Origin: a bacterium
GTDB lineage: Bacteria; UBA8248
Direction: 5' to 3'
Assembly: GCA_965207065.1 (NCBI GenBank)
Contig: OZ242260.1
Span: forward strand, 2,144,001-2,208,000
DNA: 64,000 nucleotides
A program made the translations under genes and the position numbers. Positions 21,544 through 31,003 of the stretch are shown here, piece by piece. The notes beneath the pieces were generated by a model. The model saw only the letters and a program-made list of their open reading frames with translations, was not told where the DNA came from and made no database searches. Every line of letters starts with the position of its first letter. Position 1 is the first letter of the stretch.

Positions 21544-21687
21544 GTCATTACTTCCATCCGCCGGGCGAGGGTTCCTCCGGGAGTGCCCGGCGATTTGGCG
21601 GCGCGCGCGGGGAGGTGGTATCTTGGCTGTGCGCGAGGATGTTTAAAGACCCATCTGAATTTCTAATCTGAAAAGGTGGGGCAAGAG

Positions 21688-21978
21688 ATGACCGATTACC
21701 AATTCTACATGTTGCTGGCCACGTCCGCCGGGCCCGTCGTGGCGCTCGGCGTCGGCGGCGCGCAATGCCTGCTGATCTTCAGCGGACTCCGGCAGATGCA
21801 GGCGGCCTCACGCGCGCGGGAGCAGTTGCACGCAGAAACCATGACGGCCATGGAATCGCGGCACGCGGAAACGATGGCGGCTCACACGGAAACGATGGCG
21901 GCATTGGAAAGGCGACATGCCGAAAACATGGCCGCGCTGAAAGAGCTCATCCGCCGTACGGGAAACGGGATCGAGTAA
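21688..21978 (+). CDS. Small membrane-anchored coiled-coil protein with HAETM repeats
   Basis: Hydrophobic N-terminus, four H[AT]E[TN]M repeats. Confidence 0.6.
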   Translation: MTDYQFYMLLATSAGPVVALGVGGAQCLLIFSGLRQMQAASRAREQLHAETMTAMESRHAETMAAHTETMAALERRHAENMAALKELIRRTGNGIE

Positions 21979-22028
21979 TTGCGCCGCAAGGGTGCGTGAT
22001 TTCGAAGCGTAATACGTTGCCTGTCCCT

Positions 22029-23741
22029 TCACTCCGCCTTTTCGAGCATCTCTCGCGCGTGCTCTCTCGCGGCGTCGGTGATCTCCAGCCCCGTTCCCAT
22101 GCGGGCGATCTCCTCCACGCGCTCATCGTCATAGAGAAGTTCGACGCGCGTCTGCGTGCGATCGCCTTCGACGTGCTTTTCCACCCGGAAGTGCCGATTA
22201 CCCAGGCTCGCGACCTGGGGCAGGTGGGTGACGACGAGCACCTGATGGCTCGCCGACACACCTTTGAGCTTTCTTCCCACCACCTCGGCCACGGCCCCGC
22301 CGACCCCTGCGTCCACCTCGTCGAAGATGAGGGTGGGGATCAGGTCGGCGCGCCTCAGGACGGATTCCAGGGCCAGCATCAGCCGCGATAGCTCGCCGCC
22401 CGAGGCGACCCGGCTCAAAGACCTTGGCGGCTCACCGGGGTTGGGCGAGAAATGAAATTGCGCGCGGTCGACGCCGTCGGCGCGAACGGCCACCGCGCGC
22501 CCGTCCATTTTGATAAAGCCCTCGGGGTCTTCTGTGTGCGTGATGAGCGTTTCGAATTTCGCGCCGGTAAGACTCAATTCACCCAACGCCTCTTCCATAC
22601 GCGCATCGAGGTCTTGGGCGGCGCGCGCCCTTTTCTCGGACAGCGCGAGGGCGGATTTTGCGAGGTCGGTCCGGAGCGAATCACGCTCCGCCATGAGGCG
22701 CGCCTCGGTTCCCTCCTCATCTGAAATCGCGGCGAGTTGCTCGCGGCTTTCCTCGAGATACGCGAGGCATTCCGTCTCATCGCTCCCGTATTTCCTGATC
22801 ATCTCGCGTATCAGCGCGCGCCTGGCCTCCAGGGTTTCGAGGCGCTCGGGGTCGTGCTCGATACCTTCCGCGTAGTCGCGAAGCGAATCGGCGAGGCTCT
22901 CAAGCTGCGCCTGAGCGGATGCGGCTTCCTCGGAAAGAGAACCCAGGGATTCATCAAGATTCGCCATGCCATCGAGTTCGCGCTGTATTTCACCCGTTTT
23001 CTCGACTACCGACCCTTCCGCCTCGTAGAGCCGCTCATAGAGCGAAGCGGCGCCCTCTATCAGGCGGCCCGCGTTTCTGAGCCTGGGCAATTCGGCCTCG
23101 ACCTCCACGAGTTCGCCAGCGCGCAGCGCGGCTTTTTCCAACTCTTCCACCTGAAAGCGCAGGAGGTCCGCCCTCTGGGCGCGCTCGCGCACGCCCTCTC
23201 TGTGCGCTCCTAGTCTTTCTTCGGCGGTTTTCAGATTGCGCACCATCTCGCCCAAGGCGGCACTTTCCCCGCTCGTTTGCGCGAAATCATCCAGAAGCCC
23301 CAGGTGGGATGCGGGGCGCAGGAGGCTTTGGTGCGCGTGCTGGCCGTGGATGTTTACGAGGCGCTCGCCCACACGGGAGAGCAGCGACGCCGTGCCCAGG
23401 ACGCCGTTCAAGTAAATGCGGCTTCTGCCGGTCTCCGCCACCCGTCGCCGCACGATGAGTTCGCCGCCCTCGATCTCCACGCCTGCGTCTTCGAGCAGGG
23501 AGCGGGCCGCAAGGCCGCCCGCGGTGTCGGGTATTTCGAAAAGCGATTCGACGATCGCCTCTTTCGCGCCCGCCCGAACGAGGTCACCGCCTGCGCGTGC
23601 GCCCAGGGTGAGGTTGAGAGCGCCAAAGATGATGGATTTTCCGGCGCCCGTCTCGCCCGTCAGGACGTTCAATCCCGGGCCGAAGGCGATTTCCAGGTCG
23701 TCGATGATGGCGAAATTCGTGATCTTGAGGAGGCGGAGCAT
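22029..23741 (-). CDS. recN: DNA repair protein RecN
   Basis: TGETGAGKS, IHGQH, ASGGELSR, FDEVDAG, THLPQVA. Confidence 0.96.
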   Translation of the reverse strand: MLRLLKITNFAIIDDLEIAFGPGLNVLTGETGAGKSIIFGALNLTLGARAGGDLVRAGAKEAIVESLFEIPDTAGGLAARSLLEDAGVEIEGGELIVRRRVAETGRSRIYLNGVLGTASLLSRVGERLVNIHGQHAHQSLLRPASHLGLLDDFAQTSGESAALGEMVRNLKTAEERLGAHREGVRERAQRADLLRFQVEELEKAALRAGELVEVEAELPRLRNAGRLIEGAASLYERLYEAEGSVVEKTGEIQRELDGMANLDESLGSLSEEAASAQAQLESLADSLRDYAEGIEHDPERLETLEARRALIREMIRKYGSDETECLAYLEESREQLAAISDEEGTEARLMAERDSLRTDLAKSALALSEKRARAAQDLDARMEEALGELSLTGAKFETLITHTEDPEGFIKMDGRAVAVRADGVDRAQFHFSPNPGEPPRSLSRVASGGELSRLMLALESVLRRADLIPTLIFDEVDAGVGGAVAEVVGRKLKGVSASHQVLVVTHLPQVASLGNRHFRVEKHVEGDRTQTRVELLYDDERVEEIARMGTGLEITDAAREHAREMLEKAE

Positions 23742-23748
23742 CGGGGTT

Positions 23749-24654
23749 TTAAGTTTTCCGCCCGCCACGCGGGTGGGTCTCCCACAGGAGTTTCTCCCGC
23801 AGGGTTTCGAAGAAATCCGCCCCCTTGGGCCTGATGATCCGCACGGGGGTCCGGCTTTTCCTGATTTTCACCGAATCGCCGGCTTCGAGTTCGCACCCGG
23901 GAAAGCCGTCGAGCGTGAGTAGAACCTCTCGGCCCTCCGCTTCGGTATCCGGGAAGATGGTGATTTCCAGATCCGCCTCGGCGGGGACGACGATGGGCCG
24001 GTTGCTGAGCGTGTGCGGGCATATCGGGTTGATGAGCATCACGTTCAGATCGGGCAGCACGAGCGGCCCGCCCGCGGAGAGCGAATAGGCCGTGGAGCCC
24101 GTCGGCGTGGCGACGATGAGCCCGTCCGCCCGGAAATAGCCCAGATGCCGGCCTTCCAACTGAACCTCGTATTCGACCATGCGCGCCAGTGGCCCGGTGG
24201 TGAGCACGATGTCGTTCAGCGAATCGGACAGCGCGGGCGGCGCACCCCCGTTTTTCCGCACCGAAGCGCCGAGCCGCATGCGCGATTCGGTGGAAAACTC
24301 CTTTTTTACCAGAATCCTCTCGAGCGCGGGGTAGAGCTCGGCCTGGGGAATGTCGGCCAGAAAGCCCAGATGCCCGGTGTTGATGCCCAAAAGCAGGGGG
24401 GATTCCTCCCCGATGTTGTGAGCGGTACGCAGCATGGAGCCGTCGCCGCCGAAGACGATGACCAGATCGGCGCGCCTGACGACTTCTTCGCGGGGCAGCC
24501 CGGTCTCCTCTCCCGCCATCCGGGCCGTATCCATGTCGAGGTGAACCTCGAAGCCCCTTCCTTTCAGCCAGGCGGTAAGGCCGGTGAAGTCGAGTGGGCT
24601 TTTTTGCGCTTCCGACCATGCCGTCAGTGCGATGTTTTCGATGTTCGTCGCCAC
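23749..24654 (-). CDS. nadK: NAD kinase
   Basis: GGDGS, GHLGFL, LND, DGLIVATPTGSTAYSLSAGGP. Confidence 0.95.
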   Translation of the reverse strand: MATNIENIALTAWSEAQKSPLDFTGLTAWLKGRGFEVHLDMDTARMAGEETGLPREEVVRRADLVIVFGGDGSMLRTAHNIGEESPLLLGINTGHLGFLADIPQAELYPALERILVKKEFSTESRMRLGASVRKNGGAPPALSDSLNDIVLTTGPLARMVEYEVQLEGRHLGYFRADGLIVATPTGSTAYSLSAGGPLVLPDLNVMLINPICPHTLSNRPIVVPAEADLEITIFPDTEAEGREVLLTLDGFPGCELEAGDSVKIRKSRTPVRIIRPKGADFFETLREKLLWETHPRGGRKT

Positions 24655-24727
24655 GTGATGGATCTCCCGAATCAGTGTCGGTGGCAAGGTATCCCAGGGT
24701 CTGCGCCCCGGCAACCGCCCCCGCCGC

Positions 24728-25645
24728 TCATCCGCGCGCCTGCAACGCGGCGTCTTTTCTCCGCCTGGGCAGACGCCTCCAGTAGCGGCAGGCGTCCTGC
24801 AGGGGACAGCCCGCGCAGAGTTTTACGTTTCGCTTGCTCGGGCAATGCTTGAGGATGCCCATCCTTGAGATGGCGAAATCGTAGCGCACCGGGTCGTCCG
24901 GGTCGATGCGCTTCAGGTTTCCGGTGATCTCGAGCGCCATCTTGAGGTCCGGCGTTTTTCTGTCGGTGAGTCCCAAAAGGCGCCCGATGCGCGCGATGTG
25001 GGTGTCGAGCGGTATGATGAGCTGGTGCGTTTTCGGTCCTTTCCACAACCCCAGGTCCAGGCCGTCGTCGGGCCGCACCATCCACCGGAGGAACAGGTGG
25101 AGCCGCTTGCACGCGCTGCCGCTCGCAGGATCCGGCAGGAGGTAGGAAATGCCGCGCTCGACCTTTGCGTTCGCTGACGACGCCGGGAGGGAGCGAAGCA
25201 GGCGGTCCCTGAATCTTTTGAGCGCCCCCTGGAGGGTTTCCTCATCTGCGCGGTAGCCCTGGAGAAACAATGCTTCGAGAGAACCCTCCCTCCTGAGCGC
25301 GGCCCCGATCGCCTGGGCGAAGAAACTGATGGCCTCCGGCCCCACCCACCGGTGGTAGAGGCCCTCGAAGAGACGGGCGCTTTCTTCGGGAGAGCAGCGG
25401 CGCAGCGCGGCGGCCGGCCGTGGGCCGAGCCGCTCCATGATGCGCTTTACGCTCATCCGTATGGCGGCGGCGTTGCCGAATGCGAGCGATGCGCTCAGGA
25501 ACGCCGCGACCTCGCGGTCCCGCGCGCCCCGGTAGGCATGCGCGATTCCGAGCGGGTCGGTGGCGAGATAGGCGTCGTGATAGGTGCGGGCGAGCGCGTC
25601 GAGCTTCTCCTTGAGAAGTGGCACGTCTGCGTTTCTGAGGGCCAC
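24728..25645 (-). CDS. TIGR02757/DUF2400 family protein
   Basis: SACKRLHLFLRWMVR, PLDTHIAR, DPVRYDFA, C-terminal Cys cluster. Confidence 0.88.
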   Translation of the reverse strand: MALRNADVPLLKEKLDALARTYHDAYLATDPLGIAHAYRGARDREVAAFLSASLAFGNAAAIRMSVKRIMERLGPRPAAALRRCSPEESARLFEGLYHRWVGPEAISFFAQAIGAALRREGSLEALFLQGYRADEETLQGALKRFRDRLLRSLPASSANAKVERGISYLLPDPASGSACKRLHLFLRWMVRPDDGLDLGLWKGPKTHQLIIPLDTHIARIGRLLGLTDRKTPDLKMALEITGNLKRIDPDDPVRYDFAISRMGILKHCPSKRNVKLCAGCPLQDACRYWRRLPRRRKDAALQARG

Positions 25646-26094
25646 TAGAACGCACCCCTCGAGTCGAGGAGCAGGGTGACGGGGCCGTCGTTCACGAGCG
25701 ATACCTCCATCATCGCGCCGAATCGGCCCGCCGCGACGCGGAGCCCGAGTTTTTCGACCTGCGCGACGAACCGTTCATAGAGAGGCTCCGCCTGCTCGGG
25801 CGGAGCCGCGGCGATGAAGGCGGGGCGCCTCCCTTTTCGGCAGTCGCCGTGCAGGGTGAACTGGCTGACGACGAGCATCGCTCCGCCCGAATCGAGAAGC
25901 GAGAGGTTCATCTTCTGCGCCTCATCGGCGAATATTCTCAGGTTCGATATCTTCTCGGCGAGAAAATCGGCGTCTTTCTCGTTATCCTCACGTCCGACCC
26001 CCAGAAAAACGAGGAGTCCGCCCCGGATTTCTCCCACGACATCGGAATCCACCCGGACGCAGGCCTCACGCACGCGCTGAACTACGGCTCTCAT
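25645..26094 (-). CDS. dtd: D-aminoacyl-tRNA deacylase
   Basis: [19 protein letters not shown]. Confidence 0.96.
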   Translation of the reverse strand: MRAVVQRVREACVRVDSDVVGEIRGGLLVFLGVGREDNEKDADFLAEKISNLRIFADEAQKMNLSLLDSGGAMLVVSQFTLHGDCRKGRRPAFIAAAPPEQAEPLYERFVAQVEKLGLRVAAGRFGAMMEVSLVNDGPVTLLLDSRGAF

Positions 26095-26366
26095 TCTTGC
26101 TTATCCCCGGCAGTCATTTCATTTTCTCCTTCTACCCCGAAACCGCTTTTGCAGGTGATGGTGTCCAGAGTATATGTCGAGACCATTGAAATTCAACGTT
26201 CTCGAACCCATGAGCTTGCAAGGAGGCGTTTCCATGCCAATGAGTGGCTTGCGCAGTTGAAAAGAAAAGGACAATATGCGAGAAATCTTCTGCGGCATAT
26301 TTCGCATGGTTCATTCAAATCTAGGTCCATACTGCATCATGTTCTTTGCCACAATGGGGGCGGCCA

Positions 26367-26969
26367 TTGTCCAGCGCGGAAAAATTGTCCAAAAAGAATG
26401 TGTTCACCACGTTCGAGGTGGCGGAAATCTGCGACGTCACGCCGGTCACGATTCAGAACTGGATAGACAAGGGCTGGCTGCGTGCTTACCGAACGCCCGG
26501 AGGCCATAGAAGGGTCAGAAAAGAGGCGCTCCTCGCTTTCCTGGAATCACGCGACATGCCCCACCCATTCCCGGAGAAGGGAGGCGTTCCCCGGGTGCTG
26601 ATCGTGAACGGCGACCTGGGGCTCGCCGACTCTCTCAAAGAAGCGCTCTCGCTCGAAGAGCCGGACTATGACATTGCGGTGGCGCACGACGGGTTTCGGG
26701 CCGGCGTTCTCTATTCCGCTGCGCATCCGGACGTAGTGATACTCGACCTGAATCATTCAAGCGTGGATGGTTATGAGGTGTGCCGTCAGATCAAGCAGGG
26801 TGAGGCCGGCGGCGAAACAGTCGTCCTGGCGCTCGGCGGCGTCGACGGGGACGAACGCAAGCGTATTCTGGAGGTGGGCGCAGCGCATTGCCTCCCGAAG
26901 CCGGTGGATGCCGTGGGTCTCAGGAACCTGGTGAAAGAGGTCATACTGAATCGCTGGAGGTCCGCTTAG
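26367..26969 (+). CDS. Response regulator with N-terminal excisionase/MerR-like HTH
   Basis: FTTFEVAEIC...WIDKG...RTPGGHRR, then receiver domain (VILDL, KP). Confidence 0.85.
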   Translation: MSSAEKLSKKNVFTTFEVAEICDVTPVTIQNWIDKGWLRAYRTPGGHRRVRKEALLAFLESRDMPHPFPEKGGVPRVLIVNGDLGLADSLKEALSLEEPDYDIAVAHDGFRAGVLYSAAHPDVVILDLNHSSVDGYEVCRQIKQGEAGGETVVLALGGVDGDERKRILEVGAAHCLPKPVDAVGLRNLVKEVILNRWRSA

Positions 26970-27034
26970 TCGCGCCTCGTAATTATCTTGGTGGTGCCGG
27001 GCGCATCGCCCGTATCGGGCGAGGAATTTTTCGG

Positions 27035-27922
27035 CTAGTTCTCCCTGGACGCGTCCTCATCGGCGCCCCGGTTTCTCAGGAAGCGCTCCAGTTCCCTGGC
27101 AAGATCATCTCCCGAGGGAAGCTCGCCCGGCTGGGTTTCCTCGTCAAAGCCGTCGTCTCTGAGTTTGAGTTGTTCCACGTAATCTTTCACCGATTTGTTC
27201 TTCTCGAGCGCCTCATCGACTTTCTCCTCGAATTCATGCGCGCCCGCTTCGAGTTCGGAGAGATTGAGGGGATAGGAGAGGAAGTCACCGAGCCGCTCCA
27301 CCAGGGCGAGCGCCGCCTTCGGGTTGGGCGTCACGTTCACGTAGTGGGGCACGTTCGCCCACACGCTCACGGCGGGGAGGTTTTCGTCGCGGAACAGATT
27401 GTTCAGTACACCGACGATTCCGGTGGGTCCCTCATAGCGCGAGGGATTGAGGCCGAGTTGAGAAGCAATATCCGGGTTCGTGGAGGTGCCGGTGATCCGG
27501 ACGCGGTTTCGGTGATAGACGTCGGCGAGCAGGGCGCCTACCGTCACGGCCATACGCACCCGGCATTCGCGCACCATGGACAGAATAAGTTTCGAAAAGC
27601 GCCCCCATTGCAGATGAGGCTCCACGCCCAGAAACACCACCACGTCGTGTTCGAGGTTCGGCGTCTCGCAGGCGTAGAACGTGTTCGAGGGCCAGGTGAT
27701 TTTCCGGCGGCTGTCCTCATCGAGGCTCACATGGGGCCGCATGTCCTGAAAATTATAGAAGGGGTCGGAATCGATTTGGGCGAATTCCGAACCCCCCATT
27801 TTCTCGGTGATGAAACTCGCGGCGGTCGTGGCGGCGCTGCTGGCGTCGTTCCAGCCCGCGAAAGCCATGAGCAGAGCGGGGTCTCTGAGTTTCGGCGTTT
27901 CCTTGATTTCGAGATATTCCAT
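27035..27922 (-). CDS. PAC2 family (proteasome assembly chaperone-like) protein
   Basis: AFAGWNDA, GVEPHLQW, GALLADV, YEGPTGIVGVL, WANVPHY, ELERFLR. Confidence 0.88.
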   Translation of the reverse strand: MEYLEIKETPKLRDPALLMAFAGWNDASSAATTAASFITEKMGGSEFAQIDSDPFYNFQDMRPHVSLDEDSRRKITWPSNTFYACETPNLEHDVVVFLGVEPHLQWGRFSKLILSMVRECRVRMAVTVGALLADVYHRNRVRITGTSTNPDIASQLGLNPSRYEGPTGIVGVLNNLFRDENLPAVSVWANVPHYVNVTPNPKAALALVERLGDFLSYPLNLSELEAGAHEFEEKVDEALEKNKSVKDYVEQLKLRDDGFDEETQPGELPSGDDLARELERFLRNRGADEDASREN

Positions 27923-28166
27923 TTGTTTGTCCCCCCTGTGCCGCATTATGAATCCAAGGAAAAAGAAAGACGACCATTGTATGAGGTCTCAGGTGGGGAT
28001 TCAATCCTTTATTTCGGGGATTGTCCTGCGGCGTTTGATGGAGGCGCGTCCGTGGGATATAAATTTTCAGCCTGCGGGCCATTCCGGCAGATGGAGGGAT
28101 CTTCCTTCATTCGAAGAAGTGGCGTTAAGGAGCGGGCCGAATGCGGTTGAACGTGAGGGATCAGTT

Positions 28167-28949
28167 ATGAACGCCCCCGAATCGGCGGGAATGAAGGATA
28201 AGGTGGTTCTGGTGACGGGCGGTGCGCGGGGCATTGGCGCAGCCATTGCGAGGCGCTTCGCGCGAGAGGGCGCGCACCTGGTCCTGAATCACAGGGACGG
28301 CAAAGGCAGATCCGCCCGGATGGCGGGCGAGCTTTGCCGGGAGGCCGAAGCCGCCGGTAGCCGTGCGGTCGCCATCCCGGCCGACATTTCGAAGAAAGAC
28401 GCCGTCAAGGCCATGTTCGCGCAGGTGGAAGAGGAGTTCGGGCGGCTCGACGCGCTCATCCTGAACGCGGCGCGCGCGCCCTTCAAGCCATGGGAGAAGC
28501 TATTGGAGCGTGATCTCAAGCTCCTGGTGGAGACGAATTTTCTGGGCAACGTCTTCTGTCTGCAGGGAGCGCTTCCGCTGCTCTCACGCCAGGGCGGAGC
28601 CGTCGTGTTCATTTCGAGTCTGGGGAGCCGTTTCTATCATCCTGAATACCCGCTCGGTCCCATGAAAGCGGCGATGGAGGCGGCGGTCAGGCATTGGGCG
28701 GAGAGTTTCGAGGAGAGAGGCGTGTCGGTCAACGCCGTCTGCGCGGGTCTCGTGAAGACGGATTCGTTCAAGACGCTGCGCATGATTCAGCCGGAGTTGG
28801 CCGAGCTGCCGGAGCGCTATTTCGTGACGCCCGGGGAAGTGGCCGAATCGGTCTATTTTCTCGCGGATGCCGGCGCGGCTTCCATCCGGGGACAGACTCT
28901 CGTGGTCGACAGGGGGCTCAGCAACCGGCTGAACCGCCCCCCGGGGTGA
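28167..28949 (+). CDS. SDR oxidoreductase, FabL-like enoyl-ACP reductase
   Basis: TGGARGIG, LNAA, ISSLGSR...Y-x5-KAAMEA resembling FabL; RBS GAGGGA. Confidence 0.75.
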   Translation: MNAPESAGMKDKVVLVTGGARGIGAAIARRFAREGAHLVLNHRDGKGRSARMAGELCREAEAAGSRAVAIPADISKKDAVKAMFAQVEEEFGRLDALILNAARAPFKPWEKLLERDLKLLVETNFLGNVFCLQGALPLLSRQGGAVVFISSLGSRFYHPEYPLGPMKAAMEAAVRHWAESFEERGVSVNAVCAGLVKTDSFKTLRMIQPELAELPERYFVTPGEVAESVYFLADAGAASIRGQTLVVDRGLSNRLNRPPG

Positions 28950-29086
28950 TGGAACGAGGGAGATTCATCGGGGAAGGTTGCTTTTCGCAACTCTCCTTGG
29001 TTTTATACGCTTGAATGAGCAGGGAATTTTCACGCGCACCCATACGCGAGGATGTGCTACGTGCTTGATCGTTACAGAGGACAACC

Positions 29087-29650
29087 ATGTCGCAAAACCT
29101 GATATCGGACGATACGATTTTAGATGAAGTGAAAAAGGCGATCGCCCACACCACGGGGATCGACGAGGAAACCATCGAGTCGGACAGTTCCCTGGTGGAT
29201 GACCTGGGTGTTTTGTCGCTCGATTTTCTGGATGTGAACTTTCGCCTCGAACAAGTGTTCGGCATCAAGATGGCGCGCAACTTCGTTCTGGAGCACGTGG
29301 AGGAGATGTTCGGCGAAGGCGTGGCCATCAACGAGGAGAGCGAGGTGACGGACACAGGGGTCGAGGTCTTGAAGCTGCGCCTCCATGAGGCGGCGGCGGA
29401 TCTGGAGCCGGGTATCCCCGTGGATGAGCTCCCGGCCCTCGTAACGCCGAAGACGCTGGCGGGCGCTGTGCGCGACGTGCTGAACTGCCTGCCCGAGAAG
29501 AGTCCGGCGGGGGCGGATTGGAAGGCCGAGGATGGAACGCGCATCGTCTGCGCCGAGACGAACGAACCCGCCTCTTTGCCCAGCGGTGATGAAGTGGTCC
29601 AGAACTGGCTGAACCGGACGCAAGAGGAAAAAGGCCTCTTCTCCGCCTGA
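29087..29650 (+). CDS. Extended acyl carrier protein (187 aa)
   Basis: Acidic ACP N-terminus with LGVLSLDFLDVNFRLEQVFGI, then a long insertion and extension. Confidence 0.8.
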   Translation: MSQNLISDDTILDEVKKAIAHTTGIDEETIESDSSLVDDLGVLSLDFLDVNFRLEQVFGIKMARNFVLEHVEEMFGEGVAINEESEVTDTGVEVLKLRLHEAAADLEPGIPVDELPALVTPKTLAGAVRDVLNCLPEKSPAGADWKAEDGTRIVCAETNEPASLPSGDEVVQNWLNRTQEEKGLFSA

Positions 29651-29692
29651 GGGACTGCTTCAACCAAGCCATTTTACCGGGAGAACATGTGA

Positions 29693-31003
29693 ATGGCCGG
29701 TAGCGGCAGACGGGTCGTGATCACCGGATACGGGGCGATGACGCCTCTGGGCGGAGACGTCACCTCCACGTTCGACGCCGCGCGCGAGGGTCGCTCGGGC
29801 ATCGACGTAGTGCGCCACTTCGACCCCGAAAAACTGCCCTGCCGCATCGCCGGCGAGGTGGATGATGAATGGATCGCCTCGCAGGAGAACGGCGCGGGCC
29901 GCAGGCTCGATAAATTTTCCACCCGGGGCGTGCGCATGATGCGCGTGGCCGTATCCGAGGCGGCGCAGACGGCGCGCCTGGGTGAAGTTTCAGAGCGTAA
30001 GCGAATCGGCGTTGCGCTCGGCTCCCACGGCGATCACCCCCAGGTCGAAGAATTGCTCCGTATCTTCCCCTTCTGGAAGCCCGATAGCAGCGACCCCTTG
30101 CAGGGCGGGTGGGACATCCAGGGACTCAAAAGCCGCGGCGTCTATGATCTGATGACGTTTTTCAGAAGAAAGTCCGACGTGGCGACCTCGGTCGTCGCCC
30201 TCGATTTCGACTGCCGGGGTCCCATGGTCTCCATCTGCTCGGCCTGTGCGGCGGGGGCGCAGGCTATAGGCGAGTCCGTGCGCCTCATTCGCGACAATAA
30301 GGCCGACGTCATGGTGGCGGGTGGCTGCGAGGCGCCTATCACCTATGTGGGGTTTCTCGGCTTCGTCCTGCTCACTGCGCTTGTGGAGCGGTACGAAACC
30401 CCGCAGAGCGCGTCACGTCCCTTCGACAGGAGGAGAAACGGCTTCGTGATGTCGGAAGGCGCGGGCGCGATGATTCTCGAGAGCTACGAGCACGCGCGCG
30501 CGCGGGGGGCCGAAATTTTGGGCGAAGTGCTCGGCTACGGCGATTCCTCGGATGCGTTTCGCATCACCGACATGCACCCGAGGGGCCTGGGCGCGGTGTT
30601 CGCCATGAAAAAGGCGATTGAAGACGCGCGGCTCGCGCCCGATGCGGTCGAATACATCAACGCGCACGGCACCTCGACGCCCAAGAACGATTCGACCGAA
30701 ACCAGGGCCGTCAAGGAAGTCTTCGGCGCTCACGCGGAGAAGATACCGATCAGCTCCAACAAATCCATGATCGGCCACACCATCGGCGCGGCCGGGGCCG
30801 TCGAGGCGATTCTGGCCGTGGAGGGAATGCGCCGATCGGAAATCCTGCCGACCATCAATTATCAGAACCGCGACCCCAAGTGCGACCTCGACTACGTGCC
30901 CAACGAGACAAGGGCGCAGGCCCACCGCGTGGCTCTCTCCAACAGCTTCGGATTCGGCGGGCAGAACGCCTGCCTTTGTCTGGGCGGCCCCGAGATCGCG
31001 TGA
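29693..31003 (+). CDS. Beta-ketoacyl-ACP synthase (FabF-like), Cys-His-His intact
   Basis: SACAAG, NAHGTST, KSMIGH, SNSFGFGG. Confidence 0.93.
   Translation: MAGSGRRVVITGYGAMTPLGGDVTSTFDAAREGRSGIDVVRHFDPEKLPCRIAGEVDDEWIASQENGAGRRLDKFSTRGVRMMRVAVSEAAQTARLGEVSERKRIGVALGSHGDHPQVEELLRIFPFWKPDSSDPLQGGWDIQGLKSRGVYDLMTFFRRKSDVATSVVALDFDCRGPMVSICSACAAGAQAIGESVRLIRDNKADVMVAGGCEAPITYVGFLGFVLLTALVERYETPQSASRPFDRRRNGFVMSEGAGAMILESYEHARARGAEILGEVLGYGDSSDAFRITDMHPRGLGAVFAMKKAIEDARLAPDAVEYINAHGTSTPKNDSTETRAVKEVFGAHAEKIPISSNKSMIGHTIGAAGAVEAILAVEGMRRSEILPTINYQNRDPKCDLDYVPNETRAQAHRVALSNSFGFGGQNACLCLGGPEIA

Noticed and set aside
27807-28166. Long N-terminal extensions in the ORF track (also bioA, glgC, nadK, histidine kinase, acyltransferase)
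   Set aside because: They overlap neighbouring genes or regulatory sites; downstream starts with RBS or stop-start coupling fit better
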